This document shows positions 1 to 10,821 of a stretch of 64,000 nt of DNA, piece by piece; within the stretch, counting starts at the first letter, position 1; every line of letters starts with the position of its first letter. Under the pieces are notes generated by a model that saw nothing but the letters and a program-made list of their open reading frames with translations, was not told the DNA's origin and ran no database searches. The stretch lies in the NCBI GenBank assembly GCA_963849325.1, contig CAWKHF010000004.1, positions 192,001-256,000 of the forward strand. The letters are read 5' to 3'. Source of the DNA: an uncultured Planctomycetota bacterium. GTDB taxonomy: Bacteria > Planctomycetota > Planctomycetia > Gemmatales > Gemmataceae. A program made the position numbers and the translations under genes.

Positions 1-2
1 AC

Positions 3-566
3 CCGTACACGTTCGGCCTGTACGGCGGCAGTGTCTCGCCCGGCTTTCTCGACAGCGACCCGCAAGCTCGCCCCTTCCTCGAACATCGGGGCTACGCGCT
101 CGCCAATACCAGCCTGGTCTTGCAGCGCTCCTTGCAGCAGGCGCTCAGCGTCTCGGACGGACGTTTCGCCGCGCACCGCTTGCGCTACGAGGTCCACGCC
201 GGTCCCTTCCTCGGGACGACGTGGTGGCAGGAGTGCGTTCTTGGCCCCGTCGAACTGCACGAGTATCGCTTGCAGGACAAGTTGACCGGCCGCACCGCCG
301 CCCGGGCGCTGATGTGGGAGATGGAAGTGTATACGCAGCGCTGGAACGAACACGCCATCGGCATCAGCGACATCGTCGTGCCCGCCGAACTGCGCCGCCA
401 AGGGCTGGCCAAGTTCCTGCTCGCCCAGATCCTGCGCTATCTGCACGATCAATTCTTCAGTGTTGTCGAAATCCAGGCACCGGCCGACAACACCGCCGCC
501 GTCAACCTCTTACGCGGCCTCGGCTTCGAGTCGGTTGACGCCGGACATCTCTACCGGAAAGTTTAG
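3..566 (+). CDS. GNAT-family N-acetyltransferase, 5'-partial
   Basis: Frame open from window start; acetyl-CoA motif VVPAELRRQGLA and NTAAVNLLRGLGF. Confidence 0.8.
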   Translation, partial: PYTFGLYGGSVSPGFLDSDPQARPFLEHRGYALANTSLVLQRSLQQALSVSDGRFAAHRLRYEVHAGPFLGTTWWQECVLGPVELHEYRLQDKLTGRTAARALMWEMEVYTQRWNEHAIGISDIVVPAELRRQGLAKFLLAQILRYLHDQFFSVVEIQAPADNTAAVNLLRGLGFESVDAGHLYRKV

Positions 567-595
567 CTACGCCTCAGAGCGCGTCGCGGCTAAAC
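561..595. repeat. Degenerate REP-like palindrome (family A)
   Basis: GTTTAG...GCGCGTCGCGGCTAAAC ends match family A; its ends contain the TAG stops of both convergent genes. Confidence 0.6.
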
Positions 596-1060
596 GGTGC
601 TCAGCTCCGCTACCAACTGTTCATAACGATCTCCTCTCCCTTCCACCACGGCGCGACGGGAGCTTTCCCCCGTCACGGACAGCGTTACGCGCAGGTGTTC
701 GGAGGGGAGACAACCCGGCACACGATCCGCCCATTCGACCAGGCAAACGCCGTCCGCCTCGAAGTATTCATGCACGCCCAGGTCGGCGAACTCCCCTTCC
801 GTCTGGAGGCGGTAGGCGTCGAAGTGATAGATCGGCAGTTGGGCCTGGTATTCCTGCACGAGAACGAAGGTCGGACTGGTGACGACTCGACTGTCGGCGA
901 TGCCCAGTCCCTCGGCGATGGCCCGCGCCAGATGCGTCTTGCCGGCCCCCAGCACGCCAACCAGGGCGAGGACCGAACCGGGCCACAGCCGTTGTCCAAG
1001 CCGACGCCCGAACGTCTGCGTCGCCGCCAGGTCGGGCAGGTCCACGATCAACGCTTTCAT
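590..1060 (-). CDS. tsaE: tRNA threonylcarbamoyladenosine biosynthesis ATPase TsaE
   Basis: GVLGAGKT P-loop, VTSPTFVLVQEY, HFDAYRL, VEWAD. Confidence 0.95.
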   Translation of the reverse strand: MKALIVDLPDLAATQTFGRRLGQRLWPGSVLALVGVLGAGKTHLARAIAEGLGIADSRVVTSPTFVLVQEYQAQLPIYHFDAYRLQTEGEFADLGVHEYFEADGVCLVEWADRVPGCLPSEHLRVTLSVTGESSRRAVVEGRGDRYEQLVAELSTV

Positions 1061-1069
1061 GAGATGGAG

Positions 1070-1146
1070 GTTTTCGTTTCGCCGCGACGCGCAGCGGAGC
1101 GCGGGACTGTCCTGCGCTCCGCTGCGCGTCGCGGCGAAACGAAAAC
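1070..1146. repeat. REP-like palindrome (family A)
   Basis: GTTTCGCCGCGACGCGCAGCGGAGCGC...GCGCTCCGCTGCGCGTCGCGGCGAAAC inverted repeat. Confidence 0.9.
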
Positions 1147-1153
1147 CTAAACC

Positions 1154-2374
1154 CTAAACGGCCTTGAGCACAAGACAGGTATTGCTGCCGCCGAAGCCGA
1201 AGGAATTGGACACGGCCACACGGACCTTCGCCGGACGCGCCTCGTTGGCGACGTGGCACAGCCGGCATTCGGGATCGGGTTCGTGCAGATTGATCGTCGG
1301 CGGCAGCGTCTTTCGTTCCATCGCCACCAGGCAGGCCAGGGCTTCGACGGCGGCGGCGGCAGTCAGCAGATGGCCGGTCATGCTTTTGGTCGAACTGATG
1401 GGCACGCCCTGGATGGCGTCGCCGAAAACCGCAGTGAGGACGCGCGCCTCGGCGATGTCGCCGACGGGCGTGCTGGTGGCGTGGGCGTTGATGTACTCAA
1501 CGTCGTCAGGACTGCAGCCGGCGTCGTCGAGGGCTTCGCGGACGGCGGCCGTCGCCGGCTCGGGATCGGGACTGGGGATGACCATGTTGAAGGCGTCGCT
1601 GCGGGCGCCGTAACCGGCTACCTCGGCGTAGACGCGGGCGCCGCGGCGACGAGCCGTGGCCGACGGTTCGAGCACGAAGACGGCGCCGCCGTCACCCATG
1701 ACGAAGCCGTCGCGTTGACGGTCGAACGGCCGGGAGGCGGCCTGCGGTTCGCCGTTGCGGCGCGACAGGGCACGCAGGTTGCCGAAGCCGGCCAGGGCCA
1801 TCGGCGTCACCGCCATGTCACAGGCGCCGGCCAGGCACACGTCCACCCAGCCCAGCTCGAGCCAGTGGCGAGCCTGGGCCAGAGCGACGTTTCCACTGGC
1901 GCAGGCCGCCGACACGCTCAGCGTCGGCCCGGTCAGGCCCAGCACGCGCCGCGTCCGGGCGAGCATCGCTTCGCCGTCCTGCTGCGGCTCCCAGACGCGC
2001 CGGCCGCCGGCCAGGGCGTCGGTCTCCCAGACTTCCAGCAACTCCGCGCCCACGCCCAGCGCCAGGCCGATGCGGACCTCGTCTCGCCGTTCCCACCAGC
2101 CGGAATCGCGCAGGGCGCCGACGCAACACCAGCGCATCAACTGTTCCAGGCGGTGCAGATGAGCGAACTCCTCGGGATCGACGCCATCGGGACAAGGAAC
2201 GTCCCGCAGCTGGCCGGCGATTTGGCTGGGGTGTTCGGACACGTCGAAGCCCTGGACGCGGCCGATGCCGGAGCGCCCGGCCAGGAGCTGATCGGCGAAA
2301 TCGGCGTAGGTATGGCCCAGCGGCGTGGCCGTGCCCACCCCCGTAATCCAGACCGCGCTGGCGTGGCTCACCAT
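1154..2374 (-). CDS. fabF: Beta-ketoacyl-ACP synthase II (FabF-like)
   Basis: Cys-His-His triad (SAACASG, NAHATST, TGHLL) and SNSFGFGG; alternative start at 2407. Confidence 0.85.
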   Translation of the reverse strand: MVSHASAVWITGVGTATPLGHTYADFADQLLAGRSGIGRVQGFDVSEHPSQIAGQLRDVPCPDGVDPEEFAHLHRLEQLMRWCCVGALRDSGWWERRDEVRIGLALGVGAELLEVWETDALAGGRRVWEPQQDGEAMLARTRRVLGLTGPTLSVSAACASGNVALAQARHWLELGWVDVCLAGACDMAVTPMALAGFGNLRALSRRNGEPQAASRPFDRQRDGFVMGDGGAVFVLEPSATARRRGARVYAEVAGYGARSDAFNMVIPSPDPEPATAAVREALDDAGCSPDDVEYINAHATSTPVGDIAEARVLTAVFGDAIQGVPISSTKSMTGHLLTAAAAVEALACLVAMERKTLPPTINLHEPDPECRLCHVANEARPAKVRVAVSNSFGFGGSNTCLVLKAV

Positions 2375-2425
2375 GTTTTCTCCGCTCGGCCAACCATGCC
2401 TTCTCATCTCGAATCCGTACCTAGG

Positions 2426-2566
2426 GCCGCTTGCGGCTTAGAGGCTCTAACAAAATGTGGCAACACGTTTTCAACGTGTTGGATTGTACGGCACGTTACA
2501 AACGTGCCGCCACATTCGGTTAGTGCCTCTTAGCGGGGCAGCGGCCAACGCTAAGCCGCAAGCGGC
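2426..2566. repeat. REP-like palindrome family C (GCCGCTTGCGGCTTAG/CTAAGCCGCAAGCGGC), interrupted by a MITE
   Basis: Arms at about 2426-2441 and 2551-2566; uninterrupted copy at 53516-53558. Confidence 0.8.
2441..2529. mobile_element. 89-bp MITE-like element with TTA target duplication
   Basis: Terminal inverted repeats GAGGCTCTAACAAAATGTGGC / GAGGCACTAACCGAATGTGGC; TTA at 2438-2440 and 2530-2532. Confidence 0.7.
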
Positions 2567-3398
2567 TGGGGGATCCCGTCCGGGACAACTCAATCCGGCT
2601 GACGGAATCGAGCAGTTGAATGACGCGCGTCTCTCCCCGGCCCTCGCCGCGAAGCAGTTCCAGCAGCGCTTCCAGGCGCAGGAGGTCGAAGCCCGATCCC
2701 GCGTTCTCGGCTGGGCCCGCAGCGCCGGGAGTCTCCCGAGTTGGCGCGCCGCACACGACACGCAAACGAATGCCGGCGTTCCGCCGGCCGATCGGCGTGA
2801 GGGCCAGGGCCAAACCGAGACATTGAGTCCCCGCCGCGGGCCGGCCGGTCGCCTCGGGAGGCCGTTCCGGGTCCAGGCAGGTCAACACCACCCACACACC
2901 CGGCAACTTCTGTCCTTCGAGCATGGCGGCGGCTGCCAGCAGAACCTCGGCGGCGCCGCCCGGCCCACCGCCGACGCCGAAATTCGGGCCGTGGACCTTG
3001 AGGGCCTGGCTGACCGTGCCGGAAAGCGAGTGCAGCGAACGGTGAGGGATCAAATGAGGCGAAACGCCCCAGGCGCCTTCCGCCTGGAAGCGCTGAAGCG
3101 CCGCGGCCATCGCCGGCCGACCCAGGAAGCGCGGAGCGGCGACCACGCCCCAGTCGCGGAAGTCGGTCGCGTGCAAGCCCCAGCGATCGATGGCCTGGTA
3201 GACCGCCGCCAGACCGGCGACGGTTTGCTCGTCGGCGTGTTTGAGGAAGGACGCCGGCAGAGGTTCGCCGTGGATCGGACCCGGTTGACGGCGCAACTCG
3301 GTCAGGGACTCCAGCGCCACATGCACCGTCGCGTCCGCCGTCACGTCGCAGCAAACCGCGCCCTCGAGCGAGGAGGACTGTTCATGAACTGGCTTCAA
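2520..3398 (-). CDS. Ketosynthase N-terminal-like protein (chain-length-factor-like, probably non-catalytic)
   Basis: VSPHLIPHRSLHSLSGTVSQALKVHGPNFGV resembles the KS N-domain; no CAS/His motifs; upstream of fabF; start uncertain. Confidence 0.6.
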   Translation of the reverse strand: MKPVHEQSSSLEGAVCCDVTADATVHVALESLTELRRQPGPIHGEPLPASFLKHADEQTVAGLAAVYQAIDRWGLHATDFRDWGVVAAPRFLGRPAMAAALQRFQAEGAWGVSPHLIPHRSLHSLSGTVSQALKVHGPNFGVGGGPGGAAEVLLAAAAMLEGQKLPGVWVVLTCLDPERPPEATGRPAAGTQCLGLALALTPIGRRNAGIRLRVVCGAPTRETPGAAGPAENAGSGFDLLRLEALLELLRGEGRGETRVIQLLDSVSRIELSRTGSPSRLRLSVGRCPAKRH

Positions 3399-3728
3399 AC
3401 GGCACGAATCCTTTCGCTTCCCACTCCATCCTTGGAGTCCTCCGCCGGAACGCCGGGGCGGGGCGAACCACGTCGGGCAAGGCCTCCACTCCTTTACGGA
3501 GCAAGGACCACGGACGCCCCCGGAGAGGCAAAGTGCAGATGGTGGTACTCCAATTCGCCCAACCTGTCAACGCGAGATCGTGAGAACACCGGCCGTTCCC
3601 TGGAGTTATTATCGGCCGCGATCGCGCGCTACCTTTGCCGGCGACCGCTTCTTTTTTGCAATTCGCCGTCGCTCTCGGTAAGCTGGAGAAAGTTGTTTAC
3701 GGAGGCTCGCATGGCGAAAGTCACCCGT

Positions 3729-3815
3729 CCGAGCCGCGACCGTCCGGGAGCGGGAGAGCACCGCTCCCGGACGGTCGCGGCTCGGTAACACCGCTCCCGG
3801 ACAGTCGCGGCTCGG
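3729..3815. repeat. REP-like palindrome (family B) with duplicated right arm
   Basis: GAGCCGCGACCGTCCGGGAGCGG...CCGCTCCCGGACGGTCGCGGCTC, plus a second right arm. Confidence 0.85.
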
Positions 3816-3855
3816 TCCTTCCGATTCCATCCCCCATTTGACAGGATTCTCCCCG

Positions 3856-6800
3856 ATGTCCCGTATCCCCCGATCTCCCTTGGCGATCCTGGTCCTCACC
3901 CTGCTTATCGGCCGGACGAACGCCCAGGAACCGATCCGCCTCGCCCGCACCCCGGACATCTCTCCCGACGGCAAGCTCGTCGCCTTCAGCTACCTCGGCG
4001 ACATCTGGGTCGTCGAGACCATCGGCGGCACGGCCCGGGCCGGTCACCTCGCACCCCGCTCACGACATCTCCCCCGTCTTCAGCCCCGACGGCCACATGC
4101 TCGCCTTCAGCTCCAACCGCCACGGCAGCTACGACGTCTTCGTCGTGCCGGTCCAGGGCGGCCGGCCGCGCCGGCTGACCTTCGACTCGGCGACCGACAT
4201 GGTCTGCGGCTGGACGCCCGACGGCAAGAACATCCTGTTCGCCTCGACGCGCAGCACGACCTTCCCGCCCAGCTACGAGCTGTACACCGTGCCGGTCGAG
4301 GGCGGCATGACCCGGCGCATCACCGCCGCCGAGGGCAAGGAAGGCGTCTTCTCGCCCGACGGCGACCGGCTCGCCTACGTCCGCGGCCCCGGCACCTGGT
4401 ATCGCAAGGGCTATCGCGGCTCGTCCAACGACGACATCTGGATCTGCAACGCCGACGGCGGCCACAACCGCGCAGCTGACCGCCTTCAACGGCCAGGACA
4501 ACTCGCCCATGTGGGGCGCCGACGGCAAGACCTTCTACTACGTCAGCGAGATCCACGGCACCCCGGCCAACATCGTCCGCCTGACGCTGGACAGCGCCTC
4601 GGCGTCCCCCGGCGGCGGCAAGCCGGTCGTCAAGCCCGCAGCCGATCACCTTCCACAAGGACGACGGCGTCCGCCGGGCCCGCATCTGCGCCAACGGCGA
4701 GTGGATCGTCTACGAGTGCGGCGCCGACCTGTGGGTCGTCTCCACCCGCGAGGGCGACGCCGCGCAAGCTGGCCATCGAGGTCAACGCCGACGACAAGGC
4801 CAACCCGGAGCAGCTCCAGGTCTTCACCAGCGGCGCCACCGAGTTCGCCCTGTCCGCCGACGAGAAGTACATCGCCTTCGCCGTCCACGGCGAGCTGTTC
4901 CGCATGAGCGTCGGCCCGAACGCCAAGGCAGTGCAGCTGACCGACGGCCCGTCCAACGACCACGGCGCCGCCTGGGCGCCGGACGGCTCCAAGATCATCT
5001 TCGTCTCCGACCGCAACGGCCACGAGGACCTGTACCTGCTCGAGGCCGACGATCCGGAGCACCCCAAGCTGACCGAGGCCCACCAGTTCAAGGTCACGCA
5101 GCTGACCAACACGCCGGAGGCGGAGATCGGCGTCAGCTTCTCGCCCGAACGGCAAGCGCGTCGCCTTCCTCCGCGCCGGCAAGCTGTGGACCATGAACCC
5201 CGACGGCAGCGATGCCAAGGTGGTCGTCGCCGACGTTCAGGTCTTCGACTACGAATGGTCGCCGGACGGCAAGTGGATCGTCTACGCCCGCCGCGACGGC
5301 TCCTTCGCCAGCGAGCTGTACATCGTCCCCTCCAGCGGCGCCGACGGCCGACAACCCGGCCCGCAACGTCACCCGCTACGCCACCTACAACGGCGACGTG
5401 ACCTGGAGCCACGACGGCAAGAAGATCGCCTTCCTGAGCGAGCGGCGCGGGCCGGCGAACCTGTACGTGCTGTCGCTGCAGAAGCCGCCCGCTCCCGGTT
5501 ACACGGAGCGGCGCTTCCTGGGCGGCACGAGCGTGTCGATCGACTGGGACGACATCCACTGCGCGCCCAGCCGGCCGCGCCCGTGGCGGCGCTGACCGCG
5601 GCCATCTCGCCCGACGGCACCAAGGTCGCCTTCCGCGACGCCAAGGAGCACGACCTGTGGGTGGCCAGCACCAACGGCGGACACCTCACGCGCCTGACCA
5701 CCGGCCACGTCGGGCCGCCGCAGATCACCTGGTCGAAGCCGCGCAGCGCCCTCGGCTCCGCGACCGGCGGCGACCTCCTCTATTTCCTGGACGAGTCCGG
5801 TTCCATCCACCTGGCCCGTGCCTCGGGCAGTGCCGGTCCCTCCGCTGCCCTTCCGCATCAAGATGAGCATCCGCAACGAGGAGTTTACACCGAGATGTTC
5901 GACCAGAGCTGGCGCTACCTCGGCCGAGAACTTCTACGACGCCACGTTCCACGGCCACGACTGGAACGCCGTCCGGGCCAAGTATCGCCCGCTGGTCAAG
6001 CACGTCGGCCATGAAGGAAGACCTGTATTCGCTGCTCTACCTGATGATGGGCGAGCTGAACGCCTCGCACCTGGGCATCACCGGCTACAGCACCGCTCCG
6101 GACGAGGAGACGGCCGACCTGGGCCTGCTCTTCGACGAAGCCTACCGCGGCCGGGGTCTGAAGATCGCCGAGGTCCTCAAGCGCGGCCCGGCCGACCGGC
6201 GCGGCCTGAGCCTCAAGCCCGGCGAATTCGTCCTCGCCATCGACGGCGCCGAGGTGACGGAGACGACCGACCTGAGCCAGCTGCTCAACGGCAAGGTCGG
6301 CGAGACGGTCGCGCTGCAGGTGTCGGCCAACCGGCGGCCGGTCCCAAGGAGCGCCGCCGTCGTCGAGATCCCGGCCGTCAGCCGGCAACCAGGTCGGCCC
6401 ACTGATGTACGACCGCTGGGTCGAGCGCAACGCCCGCCGCGTCGCCGAGATCAGCAAGGGCAAGCTCGGCTACATCCACATCCCCAGCATGGACGAGGCG
6501 GGCCTGGACCGCTTCGTCCGCTCGCTGTACTCGGACAACTTCGACAAGGAAGCGATCGTCCTGGACGTCCGTTACAACGGCGGCGGCTTCACGCACGATC
6601 AGGTCCTCAACTACCTCGGCAGCCGCGAGCACACCGTCTTCCAGCAGCGCGACGGCGGCCAGGGACTGGTGCTGCGTTCGTACGACCGCAAGTGGAACAA
6701 GCCGCTGGTCCTGCTCATCAACAACCGCTCCTACAGCGACGCCGAGATCTTCCCCAACGCCTTCCGCACGCTGGGCCTGGGCAAGCTGGTCGGCCAGCCG

Positions 6801-7104
6801 ACCGGCGGCTTCGTCATCGGCACCGGCTCAGTGCGGCTGATCGACGGCTCGATCTTCCGCATTCCCGCGCATCGGCGTCTACACGACCAAGGGCGTGAAC
6901 ATGGAGAAGGAAGGCGTCAAGCCCGACGTCCTGGTCGACGACCACCCCGACCAGCTCGCCAAGGGCATCGACGCCCAGCTCGACAAGGCCGTCGAGGTGC
7001 TGCAAGGCGAAGTCATCGTCTGGAAGAAGAAGAACGAGGCGAGCGTGGTCAGCAAACCCGGCGACAGTGGCCCGGTAACGCCGGTAGTTCCTCCCCCTAA
7101 GTAG
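3856..7104 (+). CDS. Tricorn-like S41 peptidase (beta-propellers, PDZ, S41 domain); many frameshifts
   Basis: Signal peptide, repeated SPDG motifs, DVRYNGGG and SYSDAEIF catalytic motifs spread over successive frames. Confidence 0.85.
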
Positions 7105-7118
7105 GGAACGGATTTTGA

Positions 7119-7173
7119 TCCGAGCCTGAAGCGTAAGCGAAGAAATGTCTCTTCGCTTACGCTTCAGCTCGGA
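7119..7173. repeat. REP-like palindrome (family B variant)
   Basis: GAGCCTGAAGCGTAAGCGAAG...CTTCGCTTACGCTTCAGCTC; near-identical copy at 50172. Confidence 0.85.
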
Positions 7174-7455
7174 GGAGTTGAGGAGTTGAGATTCCCGACT
7201 TTCCCTTTGCCCTTTGGGGTCGGCAGCCATAAACTTGTCATGCATCCTTTTGCCGCGCTCCGCCCGTTCGTCGGTGGAGGATGTAACGGAAATAGCTGAG
7301 GCAGGGACAGGAAAAAGGCCATAGCCGGACAGGTCCGTCCAGGATCCTCTCGCGCCGTCGGCTTGCCGATGGCGCGAGGGATACTCGGCTTGGCAGGGAC
7401 GCGCCCGTGTGTCCGTCACCCTGATCAGCCAGGTGTCCAGCCACGAGGTACGCAC

Positions 7456-8149
7456 ATGAGCAACTCTCTGCTCGTCGAATACTTCAGTCAGGTCCCGGAA
7501 GGCCGCTCTGACGCCAAGCCACGGATGACGCGCAAGGAGGCCATCGAGGTCTTCAAGCATCGGGTCGCCGAGCGCTACAACGAAGGCACGCTGATACGCA
7601 TTCTGGAGCACGGCGATAGCGCCGCCCGCCGCGCCGCCCTCCTTGCCTTGGGATTACTGGGCACGCCGGACGTTTGTTCGGCCGTTGCGGCCCGCCTGCG
7701 CGATGAGGACCGCGACGTCGCCCAGATGGCGGCCGATACCCTGTGGACGCTGTGGTTTCGCGGCGACAGCCCCGCCAACAACGAGGAGCTGCAGCGACTG
7801 GCCCGCGTCCGCGATCGCCACAAGGCGCTGGCCGGACTCGATGCGCTCATTCTGCGGGCGCCCGAGTTCGCCGAGGCATACAATCAGCGCGCCATCGTCT
7901 ACTTTCCGGCTCAAGCAGTTCGAGCGCTCCGTCGCCGACTGCGAGAAAGTGCTGGCGTTGAACCCGCATCACTTCGGCGCCCAGGCCGGTCTGGGTCAGT
8001 GTTACTTGCAGATGCGCAAGCACCGAGCGGCGCTCAAGGCGTTCCGCAACGCCCTGCGCATCAACCCCCAGATGGACGGCGTCGCCGAGACCATCCGCGC
8101 CCTGGAGAACGCCCTCGGCGAAGAAGGACGCCGCGACGACAAGAAGTGA
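7456..8149 (+). CDS. HEAT-repeat/TPR protein (frameshift near 7905)
   Basis: ARRAALLALGLLG HEAT motif, then PEFAEAYNQRA / LALNPHHFGAQAGLGQ TPRs in the second frame. Confidence 0.75.
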
Positions 8150-8155
8150 GACCAC

Positions 8156-8222
8156 CCCGGCGAGCGGGGGGCGTAAGCCCCCTGTTGCGCGCAACAGGGG
8201 CTTACGCCCCCCGCTCGCCGGG
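8156..8222. repeat. REP-like palindrome (family D) between convergent genes, possible terminator
   Basis: CCCGGCGAGCGGGGGGCGTAAGCCCC...GGGGCTTACGCCCCCCGCTCGCCGGG. Confidence 0.8.
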
Positions 8223-8235
8223 CCGCGAAACCTTT

Positions 8236-8685
8236 TCACGCCACCACCGGGCCTGCCTCGATGACCAGGCTTCCCGGATGGCAGCGCACGGCCGTCAGGT
8301 GGATCCGCAGACGTAGCTTCTGGACCGCCGTGTGTTTGGCCAGATCGACGTGAATGGATTCGTCCTCGATGCGGATGCCCGGTTCCTGGGCCGTCATGTC
8401 TCGAAGGGTCTTCAGCAGGACGCCGCGCAACATCCCGGCGGGGAGACCGGACACCTTGATCGACGCCAGACGCGCCTCCACCGCGCTGCCGGCGCCCTTC
8501 ACCTCCCACAAGGTCTCGAAAGCCATCTTCATGAACAGGGCCGAGTATTCGCCGAGGATGACGATCCCTTCGGGCGTCAGCCGGACGCGAAGATCCTCAA
8601 CCGAGCTGCCGCTGGGCGTGAACTCTGTCAACAGGTCGTTGATTTCCGCGTCGGTGATCGATAATTTCAGTGAGTGAATTTCCAT
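8236..8685 (-). CDS. Hypothetical protein
   Basis: Protein-like composition; starts 8 bp after the previous gene's stop. Confidence 0.7.
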   Translation of the reverse strand: MEIHSLKLSITDAEINDLLTEFTPSGSSVEDLRVRLTPEGIVILGEYSALFMKMAFETLWEVKGAGSAVEARLASIKVSGLPAGMLRGVLLKTLRDMTAQEPGIRIEDESIHVDLAKHTAVQKLRLRIHLTAVRCHPGSLVIEAGPVVA

Positions 8686-8692
8686 CCCCGCC

Positions 8693-9438
8693 TCATCCCT
8701 CCCCATCGGACACGGCCGCGAACGTCACTTCCGCTTCGCTGGTGTACCAGACGGTAGCTCCGTTCACCAGATCGACTTTGACGATCGGGCCACGAAAGGC
8801 GCCGTCCGGATCGCGCCCTTTTCCACGTCCAGTTCGGGCACAACGATCTCAAACGGTTGTCCCTCGGTTGTCGCCCGGATTAATTGATAGGCGGCCACCG
8901 AGCGATCCAGGACGACGTATAGTTCCAGCGGTCCCTCGGCTGTGCCGACGACCTCGCCGCACACGCGCAGCTCTCCGCGGTCTCCAGTCAAGATAGCGGA
9001 GCGGCGCAGGCCGCGCAAGAATGCGGCGCAGCGCACCTCCAGGGCCACCTCGCCCCACAAGCCGCCCTGCTCCGCCGTCCCTTCCACGTCCACGACCAGC
9101 TCGTTGCGTGCGTGCAGCAACGGCGTCACCTCGAACTCGAACGGCCGGGCCGGCTCCTCGTGGTGTCCGAGCAAGTGGTCATTCAACCGAACCTCCGCCT
9201 GTCCGGCGACGCCCTCGAACGTCAGCCACACGCGCTCATGAGCGTCGATGCGTCCGGGATAGCCAAAGCGACGACGGAAGCGAACGCGGCCGGCGAAGCC
9301 GGGCAGTCCGGCCTCGCCCCAGCGACAGGGCATCGTCATCCGGCACGGCGAAGGCAGCGACTCGCTCTCGTTCCGGTCGCGTCGGGCCAGAGGCTCACAC
9401 TCCCACGGTCCACGCAAACGAATGCGGTGCGGGTACAT
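8693..9438 (-). CDS. GH2 sugar-binding-domain-like protein (frameshift near 8815)
   Basis: IRLRGPW, RFRRRF, LTFEGV, LNDHLLGHHE, FEVTPLL, NELVV, GGLWGEVALE; no catalytic barrel. Confidence 0.7.
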
Positions 9439-9447
9439 GACGCTTTC

Positions 9448-10779
9448 TCAGGTCCGCGCTTGCAGTTTCAACCAGATGGGGCGATCTGGTTGCAGGGTCA
9501 ATTGCGGGCGCGGCAGGACGGGCGGGCCGGGCGGGCGGGTGAAACGGAAGCGCTGGGCGATGGTGGCCAGCACCAGGGACAGCTCCATCAGGGCGAAATT
9601 GTTGCCGATGCACAACCGCTGTCCGCCGCCGAAGGGGAAGTAGGCGTAGCGCGGCAGGCGGCGGGCCAGGCCATCCGCCCACCGAGATGGATAAAAACGC
9701 TCCGGTTCCTCGAAAAAGCGCGGGTCACGATGGACCACCCACTGGCTCATGAGGACCGTGGCGCCTGCCGGGATCGTGAAACCGTCGATCGTGCAGGGCT
9801 GGATGGCCTGCCGGCCGATGGCGTAGGCGGGCGGATACAGGCGCATCACCTCCTGCACTACTCTGTCGGTATAAGGCAGATGCGGCAGGTCGGCGGCCGT
9901 CGGCGCGCGGCCGCCCATCACTTGCCGCAGCTCCGCCTCCAAGGACTCGACCACTTCCGGATGCTGCGCCAGCAGATACCAACACCAGGACAGGGCCAGC
10001 GCCGTCGTCTCGTGCCCGGCCAAAAACAAGGTCATGGCCTCGTCGCGCAGCTGCTGGTCGCTCATGCCGGTGCCGTCGCTCTCGTGGCGGGCGTGCAGCA
10101 GGATCGACAGCAGGTCGTTCTGTTCGCCCTCGGCGCGGCGCTGGTTAATCAGCCCGTACAGGATCGCGTTGAGACGGCCGACGGCGCGGCGGATGCGCAG
10201 GTTGCCGGGCGTCGGCACGCGCTCCGGGATGCGGAGGACTCGGAAGAAACGCTGGCTGAAGGTGCCCATCGCGTCATGCAGGGCGCGGCCCACCTCCTCG
10301 GATTGGCCGGTCACGTCGGCGCCGAACAGCGTCTTGGCGGCGATGGCCAGCGTCAGCCGGCGCATCTCGGTGTGCAGGTCGCGCACCTCACCGTCGCGCC
10401 ACGCGGCGATTTGCTTCTGCGCGAACGCCACCATGTCCGGAGCGTAGGAGGTAATGCGCTCGCGCTGGAACACCGGCTGAATCAAGCGCCGCTGCTTCAG
10501 CCAGAAATCGCCTTCGCTCGTCAACAGGCCGTTGCCCAACAGCAGCCGATTCATGCGCAGGGCGTAGTGTTTCGTGAAGTTTCGGCTGTGCAGGATCTGC
10601 TCGATGAGGTCGGGATGGTTGACGAAAAAGATCCGCTTCAGTCCAAAGCGCAGGGTGACGCAATCGCCCCAGTCGCGGGCGCTGCGCAGGTAGAAGCCGA
10701 GCAGATCGCGGCGCATCTCGGGCAGATGGCCGCTGAGGAAATGCCCCTTGGGGCCGGGCGGAATGGGCACTTTTCCCAT
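9448..10779 (-). CDS. Cytochrome P450
   Basis: AGHETT I-helix, EVMR (ExxR), PERF, FGGGQRLCIG heme motif. Confidence 0.95.
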   Translation of the reverse strand: MGKVPIPPGPKGHFLSGHLPEMRRDLLGFYLRSARDWGDCVTLRFGLKRIFFVNHPDLIEQILHSRNFTKHYALRMNRLLLGNGLLTSEGDFWLKQRRLIQPVFQRERITSYAPDMVAFAQKQIAAWRDGEVRDLHTEMRRLTLAIAAKTLFGADVTGQSEEVGRALHDAMGTFSQRFFRVLRIPERVPTPGNLRIRRAVGRLNAILYGLINQRRAEGEQNDLLSILLHARHESDGTGMSDQQLRDEAMTLFLAGHETTALALSWCWYLLAQHPEVVESLEAELRQVMGGRAPTAADLPHLPYTDRVVQEVMRLYPPAYAIGRQAIQPCTIDGFTIPAGATVLMSQWVVHRDPRFFEEPERFYPSRWADGLARRLPRYAYFPFGGGQRLCIGNNFALMELSLVLATIAQRFRFTRPPGPPVLPRPQLTLQPDRPIWLKLQART

Positions 10780-10821
10780 GTCAGGAGCACCTTCCGGAAG
10801 GGTGAATCGTTCTCATGCGGA

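Noticed and set aside
3856-7104. Tricorn gene and other split genes (pepT, lhr, amidohydrolase, mlaF, RND) as pseudogenes or programmed frameshifts
   Set aside because: Single-base indels without nonsense codons hit many conserved genes, catalytic motifs are intact and I saw no slippery sites; sequencing or consensus error is more likely
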